A DNA stretch of 64,000 nt from Balanoglossus misakiensis (lineage: Eukaryota > Animalia > Hemichordata), in assembly GCA_040954595.2 (NCBI GenBank), contig CM082595.2, positions 6,474,137 through 6,538,136 of the forward strand, written 5' to 3'. Under the pieces are notes generated by a model. It did no database searches. It was not told where the DNA came from and was given only the letters and a program-made list of their open reading frames with translations. Both the position numbers and the translations under genes were made by a program. Positions within the stretch are counted from its first letter, which is position 1. Each line of letters opens with the position of its first letter. Shown piece after piece: positions 40,714 through 52,817 of this stretch.

Positions 40714-41760
40714 TGGATTGGGAACCCTGGTAACACTTAATCTGTTATACCACAGGGAACATATGACTGCAGTAAAATTGGCTCTCACTGAAAGACCTGA
40801 TACACAAGACGACTAGGGTAGTAATACACAGTGTTTCTGCTGAGGTTGGACTTAAAGACTTTATCTATTATCCTATAGCAATCCTATAAGACCCACTGTG
40901 TCCTATAGGACTGCTTTAGGAAAACTGAAGCCCTATTTCTTCTTGTACTTTTATAGGATAGTTTTGTAAAAGTCCAGTGAACTAAGTTCTAAACTGTGAA
41001 ACTATACCATACCACTGTCTCTCTGCAGACTGACTTACATGTTTATGAAGCAGCCCACTTGACACTCGACATGATCAAAAATGTTTTAGTCGACCTCATG
41101 AAGTGATACTCCAATTGTACTCTTTCTGGAGTCTTTGTACGTGCTCTAACAGAGAGAATGAGAATTTATGATCATGTGTATGGTTTAGTTGCCCCGTAGT
41201 GCCTCTTAAACTGTTTATCTTAAGTTTACCTGCCTAGTTACATGTACTCCAGTCTGTTAGATGTTACAATTCTACTTGTTAGTGAGTTAAACAAGTGCTT
41301 GAGAGTAGGGCAATTCTGTCACGAATTACTCATGGATTACTCTGTGACAATAATTTGATGAATGATGTCTTTTTTTTTAATTATCAACTGCAGTTTTCAA
41401 CCAGTCTGAACTGTGTGATCCTTGCATGTTTCAGTTACACCGGTTCTATACAGAACCGTTGTAATTCTTATCATTTTCATGGAAGAAAGTCAGACCATAT
41501 TTGGTATTGTGCCGATGAAACTTTATCATTTTATAATCTTTACAATTGATATCGTCATCAAGGCCAGTAATGTCCCCACTTGGATGCATTGCTACGTTTT
41601 AGTGTCTTGTTGGTAATGGTTAGAAGCAATGTAACCTTCATGGTTGAAAGTTATAATGTCAGATTATGTTTACTAGGCTTGTAACGTGATGCAAAACCCA
41701 TCCTTGAAAGTTGAAATGCCAATCGTACAAGCAGTGGATTTTCTTGCAATTTTTAATGTA

Positions 41761-42119
41761 TTAAAGGGACAAAGGATCTCTCTTGCTGCCTTTTTTCCAT
41801 TAATTATGTTTGATACAAGACACCATTTTTGTTATTCTACATGTGGGTATATAGTGAATCAACGTTCGACCACACAAAACTTCCATCCCACTTGTATCTA
41901 GACACTATAGTGAAAAGCTCGCCAAAATGAATAATCTGTCTCTACCATTTATTCATTTTGGCGAGAATTTTACTCACATTTCCTACAAACGTAATGGAAG
42001 TTGTGTGTGGTCAGGCATTGATTCAATATATATTTACATGTAGAATAACATAAACAGTGTCTTGTATCAAACATTATTAATGGAAAAAGGGCAGCGAGGA
42101 AGTGACGTTGTCCCTTTAA
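41761..42119. mobile_element. Family A palindromic MITE (Kolobok-like)
   Basis: TTAAAGGGACAA ... TTGTCCCTTTAA. Confidence 0.87.
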
Positions 42120-43023
42120 TCCTTGTTAAGTGTGCATCCATCCTAAACCATAGATATTGCTGTTTTACTCATCTACATGTTATAAGTATGCAACAATATC
42201 AATTAAAGCAACCCTGGATGTCCTAGATCTTTACCTCTCGCTGAGTGTTTTATGACTGTCTACTCCATGTTAAACACATCAATAATGCCAGAATGTCTAA
42301 GTACATCTATTTGGGTCAGACTTCAAAGTTTACAGGCAAAGAGCAAGAAGAGTAACTTTGCTCCATGAAGCTGCCATCTTTTTTATTTATCGCTCATAAA
42401 ACCGGAGTCTTGAATAGAAACAGATGTAACATTATTACATTTTTTGTGGGGTTAACCCACTTTTTTTGAGTGTGAATCATTGTAGAGTTACATATGACAA
42501 ATGACTTGGGTATGTACTTTGTCTTATCTACTCAGTGTTTGACAGCATTGCAACTTTAACAGTTTCATAATTTGACAGTTAGCGCTGCATAAAACATAAA
42601 TCTTTATTCGGTTTTCTTGACAATTAAAGAGGTTTCCATTTCATAAAGTCATAATTTCCAGGAATGCATGTCTTAATTCCTTCATAAAAAAATTCTTCTG
42701 CCATTTTTAGTATCAATTGTGGTCATCTAGCTCTGACGTGCATGTTTGTCAAATATTAAACTTTAAATCTAGATATACTGGTACCTGGAAGTAGTGAGTG
42801 TATCCATTATTTGTATATATTCATAAAACTTAATTTCCTGAATCATGAGATGTGTCGTTATTCAAAGAGACTTGTGCCCACTCACAGTCAACCATACCCA
42901 TACATCACATCTTCATTTACTGAAAAGTCACTTTCATACTGCACTAGCTGACAATTAACACTCTTTTGTATTAACCCTGTCACCGGGATTATAAAGTTTT
43001 CTGTGAAAATTATGAAAACAAAT

Positions 43024-43287
43024 TTAATGGGACAAAGTCTCTCTCGCTGCCCCCTTTCCATTAATTATGTTTGATACAAGACACCATTTATGTTAATGCA
43101 GTACATGTGTACATGTGTTGAATGAACGTTCAGCCACACACAACTTCCATCCCGCTTGTATGATTTGAAAAGTAAAAACTTGTCCAAAATGAATAAATGG
43201 TAGAGACCGATTATTCATTTTGGGGTCTTGTATCAAACATAATTACGAAAATGGAAAAAGAGCGAAAGAAAGACTTTGTCCCTTTAA
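43024..43287. mobile_element. Family A MITE, internally deleted
   Basis: Both termini present; part of the right arm missing. Confidence 0.82.
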
Positions 43288-44069
43288 TTCTACTGGATAT
43301 TCAGATTGATGACTCGAACACAAAAATGGTCACAGTACTTTTTTTGAAAACTGGAACCAGGAGCCACATACAATATATACATGGCCTGTCAATACTGACA
43401 GTTGTTACTGTTATAAATTTTAAACTCTCTCCCCTTTTTATTCAGTTGTCTGTAACTAAAGAAACATGACCTAGATTCTGTTCTTCTTTCCCCATAAAGT
43501 TCTATGGGTATACAGACTGTCAGCACAGAATTGTTTGAAACTTTACATACAAATGACCTGAACAACATAATATGAAAGACCCAGCAAAAATATTTACATT
43601 CCATCTGCATTATACAAGTAGGTGCTCATAGCAACTTGCAAGTATGTATTACTTTACAACTGTGTATCATTCACGTTTGAAATATATAATAGTGAACTCT
43701 CTGTTTTAAAAGCTGAGTTGACTGATGAAAGCTCTTGTTACAGTTTGGACTTTATTTTGCTTATCTGTCAGCAACAGAACATTGGAACAAGTGGCTGGCA
43801 CTTGTACTCACTCAAGACACTCCCTAATTATTTGTTGAATTTGTATTCACATGGGTATTCACCCACTACATGATGATGTGTTCGAATCATAAGACTTGCC
43901 ACAAACTTGCGGTTGGGGCGAGGCTGCACTTGAAGTGTTGACTGCAAAAAGTGCAGTCTCTGTATAGCGTCTGTTGAATGAAAAGACCGTCAGAAAACAC
44001 ACAGAGATCTTACTCTTATGACTTAGCCCCATCAGCAACCACTTTTTGCATTATTTCTGTGATTCTACT

Positions 44070-44174
44070 TATAGTGAAACCTGTCATTACAGACACCTTC
44101 TAATCAGGACACCTCCCTATTAAGGATATATTTTCTGTTCCCAGAGGTGTCCTTAATAGACAGGTTTCACTGTA
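44070..44174. mobile_element. Short family C-related MITE
   Basis: TAGTGAAACCTGTC ... GACAGGTTTCACTG TA. Confidence 0.65.
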
Positions 44175-46290
44175 CATGCTGGTTGACTAAACTGGTTTAT
44201 TGGCAATCACACTAATCCTAATCTCAGCAGTTGTCTACAAGTCAAACACTCCAGTGTGATATGTCACTTTTTCTCGGTCAGAAGTTAAGTGTAATGATGT
44301 TTGCAGAGTCAAGCGGTACTCTGCCAAATCATGCTACCCGGTATCTTAAAACATATGGATGTGTAATGTATGAAGTCAAACTTATACTAATGCAAAGACT
44401 ACTTTTTTCTGATTAACCTAAAAAAAATTAAAAAAACCTGTGCAGTGAAATTATAGTCCATCTGTTCTTTTTAGACTGTTGTCATTTATCAGAAATCCCT
44501 TCTACATATTTCATTTCTGCATATGAACAAGCTGGACTTCTACTCTTTTGGGTTTTCAAAATTAAATGGATCAAAGTACACATACACAGTGCTCAGTGAA
44601 AGTGTGTTTTGGCCATGTTTGCTGAGTGCATGGACACGCTTCTGTGTGCATTCGATAAACAATACGCCATGACACAATTTCAGTTGTAACTGAGAACTTG
44701 ATTTGATTAGTGGAACGTACATGTTTATACATCTATTTCATTGGACTTGACTTTAGGACCTCCCATACCTATTTTGTGTATCATTGTCACAGTGCAAGTG
44801 TCAGTCCTGTTAATGGACGTATTCATCATGATGGATTTATATTTATACACAGTGACTCAGTTTGTAGGTATGCCCTGACTCTCAAGTCACGTCCTCAACT
44901 TTAACCTCCACTATCTGTGCAGATAATTGGCACTCTTGTAGGTATTTTAACTGTCTAGACCTGCCTGTGCTAACTAAGTACAAGTGCCATTTTACAGGTT
45001 GGTGGAATATCGTAATGGTAATTATAAAGAACCAGTATAGCCGTGTATCAAATATGATCTTCTTTCAAATGCTCAGTATTCTATCACGTGTATATTGACT
45101 ACTTTCATCGTTCGACAGATGAAAATAGTTGTTAATTTTAGAATAACAAGATTGTTCATACACATGCATGTATTGGCTGTGTTGATAAGCCAATACTGGC
45201 AATAGTCTAAAACTTATCTAGCCGTATTTTCTACACTTTGCTTCTTTAGTTTTGGAAGCAAAAGTTTTGGAAGCAAAGCAGACAAAATATGGCTAGATAT
45301 TAGACTAATGACCCAAATACTGAGGATTTCATTACAGTGCTTTTGAAGGATCAAACAAACTGTTCGATCAGTAATTTAATAAGCTTAGAACAGAGATATA
45401 TTGACTCAGCCAAATTTGCCTCAGTGTTTTCTGAGACTGGAACAGACTCACCCTGTCTGTCTGTAACTGAGAATGCCATGTTTTCATATAATATTGTACA
45501 ATCTGCTTTTGCGTGCACACCATAATTAACCCATTCAGTCCCGAGTGCCTGTAACATACCGAAATTTAGCCCTGATGATTAAGGCGTATATCTGGGGTTT
45601 ATGCCGGAGAGAGTTCAATAATGAGGTGTTGATACACCCATCTTGTTTGGTTGTAAACCTGCAAGGAGTCTGAGGCATTTACATGCACAAGTGAATGGTG
45701 GAAAAGTTCTGCCAGAAACTGTATGTGTTTCTGCTTTCATCTTTAATTTTCTGCATGACTGATGAAGAGGTCACCCTGAGGGACAGAAATTACCACGGTT
45801 GCTTGCACGTATCACAATTAAAAAAAAGATCTCAAGTTTTCTTCTAGTGTAACTGATACAGTGTGCATTTATAACAGCCGTCACGTATCCTCACAAACCT
45901 GTCAAACCTGCCAGTGGAAAAGAAAAGCAGAAAAAAAAATGTACATCAGAGAAACATATTGGCCAGGAGCACATGGTAATAAATTGCCTTCAAATGCTAA
46001 TTATGCATTGTGAACATTTGAATCCAGTAACTCATTCAAACATAAATGTATTGATTCTCGTGATATTTCGTCTGGACAAGTACATGTATAAAGTGCTGTC
46101 TCCCTACTGGTATGTACAGCTGTTCTACGACTAGACTGAAACCCTAAATAATTCTTACAAGACTTATTTACAAACTAAGCAGTGAACCACTAAGACTCTC
46201 TCACACTGCCCCATCTCACTGCCTATGCAGGCTTATGGTCTGATTGCATGTGTGCCCGGCGAGAGGTTTGCTACAGTGCTTCTTCTTTGC

Positions 46291-46486
46291 TTAAAGGTAT
46301 ACAGTCACCTCCAATTTACATATACACCCATATATGGCTGAATGGCGTATTTGGGGTTCTAAAGAACATATGGTTGCGCTCTTTTTTTCGTGTGTGCCAC
46401 CCACTGAAAATCCGTGATTGACTAGATCTCAAGTTTACCATGGGAAACTTTAGCTAAATTTCCATTGGTGACCGTAATACCTTTAA
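46291..46486. mobile_element. Family E TTAA MITE (opposite orientation to the 28891 copy)
   Basis: TTAA AGGTATACAGTCACC ... GGTGACCGTAATACCT TTAA. Confidence 0.78.
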
Positions 46487-47169
46487 CGGTTGAGGGCACA
46501 TCAGTGTATGTGTATAAAGAGCCCTGTGGTGAACCGTGGGCTGTGAGTGAGTCTATGAACCTCTAGGCCTCTGTAGCTGTGAGTGTGAGTAAATAATGTA
46601 CGTGATACATGTACGGTATATCTAGTTCATACCAACAGATAAAAAGCCTGACGGTCGGTGACTATGTGTGCCAAAAAAACAAGTGTACCACAATTACAAA
46701 TACTGGTGAGATGTACGATACAAATCACTGGCGATCAATTGGAATTTGTTGTTTATTGAAAAACAGCACCACACGAGTGACAAAAAAAAAGACAAGGTCA
46801 CGCAAGGTCACAGAGGATACTGATTACATAAAAGGTACGCACAAAGGAAGATGCAAGGTCATTTGAGGTCACAGGTAACTTCTTAAAGACCAGCGAGATG
46901 GCTTTCTAAAGCACAATGGTCTGATTGTCAATAAAGTTTGTTCGTGATTGTTTGCGATTGGCCAAAATGCACAATGTACCCAATTTTGTGTGTATATGCA
47001 GTCATCCTGAATAGGAATACAAGTTGCAAGAACCACACTGGATTTTCATGTTACTCTTAGAATCTCTGTTCTAAATCAAAACAGATTTCTGTAATTTAGA
47101 CAGTCAGCCCTACCATGCCGGGCAATTTCTTCTAGCAGTAGACCATTTCCAGTGAAGCATTTGTATAAT

Positions 47170-47410
47170 TAACGGGACAAAGTCTCTCTCTTGCTGCCCT
47201 TTTCCCACTAATTAAGTTTGATACAAGCAGGCACTGTTTATGTTATTCTACATGTGGATATTCAACGTTCAACCACACACACCTTCCATCCCGCTTGTAG
47301 ACACGAGATTGAAAAAACTCGCCCAAATAAATAATCGGTCTCTACCATTTATTTATTTTGGGTGAGTTTTTACTCGCATATCATACAAGCGGGATGGAAG
47401 TTGTGTGTGT
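47170..47410. mobile_element. Family A MITE, truncated
   Basis: Left terminus GGGACAAAGTCTCTCTC and core present; right end missing. Confidence 0.8.
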
Positions 47411-50298
47411 ACCCTAGTTTGCCTGACACCTCATTGTTAGTTGAATGCGTCTTTAGATTTTATAGAGGAGACATGTTTCTCAGATAGAAAATAGGCCAGA
47501 GCAGTGTTGATACTTGCAAGTGAAAGTGGAGGTCACAAGGTCAGAGTTCACTAGGACAAGGTCAGCCTTTTTGCAGGGGGTCTGCTCTTTGACCTTGCCG
47601 AGGTAAATAACAGTTGGAAGGTGACATTGTGCTGTGTGTGTGTGGTACACTTGAAGGATATCTCCTTTCTACAAGCGTTTAATTGCCTACTTTGTGTTGC
47701 TGTGCTTGTCAAACACTGGATGTTGTGCATTCTTGTCGATTGAATGAGTCTGACCACTTAAGAGCTGTACGCAGTGCCCTTGATGTCACATCGATTTTCT
47801 CACACTGCTTCGAATTCTTCCCAACGAGGTCACGACCTTTAGCCATACTTTCAGTCAGTCTGTCTGATAATGACAATTAAAGTTCCTCTTTAAACGCACA
47901 TATCTTCGACAAGTCATGCTCGACGAATTTCAAATGTGCAGTAATCACTAACAGCTGATCAGGAAACCTATTTAATATCCATAAGCTGAACGGGAGTGCT
48001 TCACCAAGAACCTGCTACCATCAACACAACAACATTAAAGCCCCAGTAACTCCCAACTTTGGGGTATCATCACAGTGTTATTGTTTTGTGTATACCTGTG
48101 CTTTCTTGATCGACTCTGTGAAATATTAATAACGGCACAGTATTTGGTTTTTCAACATTTTGTTGTAATCGGCATTCATTGTTGAAAAATGAATTTTAGT
48201 TTGGACATAAATTCATTTGTCAGCAATAACAATGACTGTTACATTACACACATACAGGCTATGTTGACAAGTGGAGTACATACTGAGTTTATTATCATGC
48301 TGTTTGGAGTAGAACAAGAAATCACATTTGATATACAGAAGAAAATTACTGAAAAAAAATCTATTGAGAATAATGTTTGCATTTAATGTGAACTCTCAAC
48401 TGCGAAGTCTTGTTGTGATCATGTGCCAGTATATAGACTCTTGCAACCCCATCTCGTATACAGAGGGCGCTATACATTGTAGCTTTAAATGGTCTCAGGG
48501 AGCATAAAATGTAATCACCACTATGTCCCACACTAATATCATGTTTTGAATTGAAGGAAAGACTTTTTGTAGGTAAAATTACACATTAGAATGATCATTC
48601 TAAATTAACTTTTGAAAGTTAATTTCACACTTTGTTGTTGTATCTTGGAAAACAAACCATTGCCCTTGAAAAAAACAAACCAACATGACATGTGTTTCCA
48701 TAGCTATCTTGTATAGCTGAGAACTTTTAAGGTATTAATGGAAATAGCAACTGTCAGATTTAGCCCTTTCACCAACGTGATTTTACCCAAATCCACTGTC
48801 CCTTTAAATAGACTAGGCTTGTGGAAGCATTCACTGTATCAATTCATGATGAGAAACCAGGAGCTACCTCCAAGTCCAAGTACACAAATATCATGTCAGA
48901 CAGTGATGTTGTACATTGCATAAGTGAGTGATTATTAACTTCCAAGCTGATACAGATACCTGAATAGTTGGGTTGGTTGGGTAGCAACTATATACTGGTA
49001 GATAAACTTGAGTAATAGGATTAGGAATTACAGAGTGATATATTGACAAAGAGTACACAACCAAAGTAATCTTTGTTGATTTTGATGATTTTTACGAAGA
49101 CAGTTTGTCATGACTAATATGAAAAGTTATATGAAAATTCGACCATTTTGAGTCTTGCTGGTAATATTATTGTGTATGCATATACATACATGTGTGTGTG
49201 TGAGTGTGTACACTGTATATGTATGTATGTATGTGTGTATGTATTAGTATGTACATATGTTTGCTGTGGTTAAAAAATCGTTTTGGGTATAATACACATG
49301 TATATTGCATGTACTGGTATACATGTACATGTATACACAATCATGCTCTACATGTATATTTACCTCTAAAAGGAATAAATGTAAAAATAATCCAATCGTC
49401 CCAGAGCAGCAGCAGCTGGTACACAAGCAGTAAATCGACAAAAGTATACATGAATGAGTACAATACAATGGTTGCGTTGACTTCTAACCCCTGGGGTACT
49501 TAACCTCTTTAAAGTGTCATAACAGTCCGAAGATTGCACACACAGTTTTTAGGGAACATTTTTCCGGTGACGTCAAAGTCTCAATTATTGACCATATCTC
49601 CGGGAATAGGTAACATATTGGGTCAGCAGCTGCCTGTGTATAAGAATTATGACATCTTACCGTCCCCGTAAGCTATTGAGTTCATCTGGATCTTGTAAGT
49701 TTACTTGGTTTTTTTGAGGGCTTGTAGTCAAAAGGCTATGTGTGTCAAGTGAGTCGGGACTGGTTTCTTTCAGGAGGACATATAGTGGTAATGTTTTAGG
49801 TCAATCACACACATACATGTATGTACCTGTCAAAACAACGGAAGCAAAGTTATAACAACAGAGAGAAGTCTTGGTTGAACGATTTACAGTCACTGCTGTT
49901 TATAGTATTCCACAAGCAAATTGCATGTGAAGGCAAATTTCATTGTGTTCACATTAGACAGTCTAATTGTTGGGCCTATAAATATGTATGTATACATGTA
50001 AGGTTGCCCACTTGAAATAACCAACGTGGACGCACTGTCAGACGAGCTGGACTGGTTTGGTTCAAGTATGAAGGATTGGGCTGGCTAGCCTGGTGTGGAC
50101 AAATGTTATGCTGGTCCCTTAGTACGAATTGGAGCTGTCAATGTTGATTTTGGATTTTCGGATATAGGGAAGACATCATCAATTTATGCTGGCCCCCCAA
50201 GACACACTGCTGACTTCAACTGTGTATATACTGTAGACAGTCCTGAATTTAGGAAATGTTATGCATGTTTGTAGCATTATTATATTTATACCAGAGTA

Positions 50299-50464
50299 TG
50301 GAACACAAATAATAACAGTGCTATATTTGTGATATACCATAGTTGGAACCTGGCCAAGTTTTTTTTATATTTTGGCATAAAAATGATTTATGCCAAAATT
50401 ATGACTTGGACAGGCCCCGACCATGGTATATCACAAATATAGCACTGTTATTATTTGTGTTCCA
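50299..50464. repeat. Inverted repeat with 42-bp perfect outer arms
   Basis: tggaacacaaataataacagtgctatatttgtgatataccat ... atggtatatcacaaatatagcactgttattatttgtgttcca. Confidence 0.88.
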
Positions 50465-51576
50465 AATTTACCTGGTAGTACCGTTTTTTTTTTCTTGATT
50501 TAACAGGTTGCTCTATTTGCACACTTAGAATACTGGTATAATATAATATGGTACAAAACATATATGCATAACATTTTCTAATTCAGATACTTCTGTTGGC
50601 AGTGTGTGTTTGTATATAAAGTAGTCTGACCAAACAATTTTACTCAGAAAATAGGGGACATTTTTATTAATGACGACCCGGCCATATAAAATATTTACAT
50701 TGCACGATTTCACAATTAAGACCACTTTGAAATGAGTGTGGAATTTTGTATGTTGATCAAAACCTCTCAAGGCATTTTATAACATAGAATTTAATTACTT
50801 TGGCCTTAAAACTTTTATGTTTTATGGCTCAAAATGGGCCATTACCAAGTTATAGTCTCTCAAGCACCTGCAGCTTGGCCACTTTATTTGAGGAATTATG
50901 AAACTTTGTATATAGGTCACTCCGATTTGAACCATCATTAGCAAGATAGTTCAATGTTTTATGAGTTTTTTTCAATGCAAGGAAAATCAGGGCCATATGT
51001 TCTGGTATGAAAATACATCAAATTGTAAAATTACGTGAAAACATCAAATTGTAAAATTACATGAAAATTCTTATAGCTTTTGAACAAATGGTCAGAAGTT
51101 GTCAGATTTAGGCAAGATTAATCACTTACCTTTGAAAAAATAATTCAGTATAAAATATACTGGTCTACTGCAGGCAAACACTGGCAAATATCATAAAGTG
51201 TACTGCACTATAAGATATGTCAGTGAAGCATTTAAAGTTCTGTGACAGTTACCTGGTTGAACTTATGACAAATTACATTGTATATATGTCTCAATAAATC
51301 GACTGGTATACCGTACTAATACCAGTACATGTTTGTTCATAGCTCTTACATGCCATGTGTAGTCTGTACAATGAAACGTGGGACTGATTATAAAGTTTAC
51401 ATTGTGTTTCTCAACATGCCAAAGATTTCAGGGATAAATACAGTTGTGTTTGTACACTACCGTCAAATTGCCTACCAGTGAAATCCTCGCAATTCCGTCC
51501 TCATGCATATTCAAATTTATTGCCTCAGGGGGTCAAAAGTGAGCTAGTTAGTGTACGGACAGAAATATTTACGGTC

Positions 51577-51601
51577 ATGGTGGTGTTCTCTGTGTTTTCA
51601 G
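51577..51601 (+). CDS. Candidate proximal alternative first coding exon of paralogue 2 (MVVFSVFS)
   Basis: ATG GTG GTG TTC TCT GTG TTT TCA G|gtgagt is a strong donor in phase 1, 1.2 kb upstream of exon 52818. Confidence 0.4.
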
Positions 51602-52817
51602 GTGAGTGACTGATCAGGTTGAGTAATCACAATTATGAGCAGTGCAACTTGTACAATGCAAGCAGTCAGCTTCAGGTTAATGTGTATGTATACATGTATG
51701 TATTCATGGCAAATTCAGCCAGTGGGCAAATGAGGTCTATGGCACTTTCTTAGCTTGCAAACATGGTTGGCCTGAAAATTGGACTGAAGTCAGTGACTGT
51801 GTGTGGGTGTATTATAGTACCATAGTCCGTTATGTGTGGGAGGGAACCACTTTCGTTTGTCCATTCAATCATTTCTTGCATTGTTGTCTCCATGTACAGA
51901 GACTTATAATCACTGTAGCTGTAAATGTTACTGATAATAGAGTAACTTTTATTATGTAAAGAGGCTGACGTGTGTAAAATTCAATTAGGCACCGAAAAAC
52001 TGAATCCTGACCTGGATCTTGATCCTCCCACGCCTTTCAATAATAATGATATTTATTTATGATACCAGCATGTTTTGTTGGTGAGAAATGAAACTAAATT
52101 CAAAAGATAAGCCAGTATGTCCATGTCCTATTTTGTCGAACAAGATCTTGATCATCATAACAAGGTATTTCTTGGTCACTTTATTGTACAATTTCAGTAC
52201 AATTTCAAAGTAAACACTCACAAACCACTAGAAGTGCTTGATTCACACAGGTTCAAAAGTACCCATGGTTTTGCATAATGAGTTTGATGTGTCTATTAAA
52301 TGTGTATTATTGTAACCCATATCAAATATAAGCTATTCAAATGGTGTGGCCTTTGTGACCCTTATAATTTAAGTTATAAGCAAAACCAATATTATATTTT
52401 ACAACAAAGTGTAGGTTTGTAACACTAGCTGTTCAACATGTCAAGGGTTTCTGAGTACATCGTGGTAATTAACTTCTACCGGTAATGGCCGCAATAAAAA
52501 ACATTCATGTTTTATTGCATACAAAGTCCTATATTTCTTCCCTTTTGACAAGAAAGATGGTGAGGGGTCTCTGTGTTGTATATCAGTGAATTTTAGGTCA
52601 CAATTAAATAATTGGCACCACAAAGCTCCAATAACTCCAACTTTGGCCTACTTTCTCAGGAATTTTGTTTTGGATATTTTACAATTTGTTTATTGTGGTT
52701 TTGATATCTCATCTACAATTTCTTGTTTCTACTCCCAAAATGCAATTGCTATTTTTGACAACCCTTTATACTCCACTGGTCCGGATGATGACTATTTTGA
52801 CCTTTGACCTCTTGCAG

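Noticed and set aside
40271-40850. Diverged ~75-bp direct repeat on both sides of a family A MITE
   Set aside because: It is too diverged and too far from the termini to be a target-site duplication, and is probably an old local duplication with no evident function.
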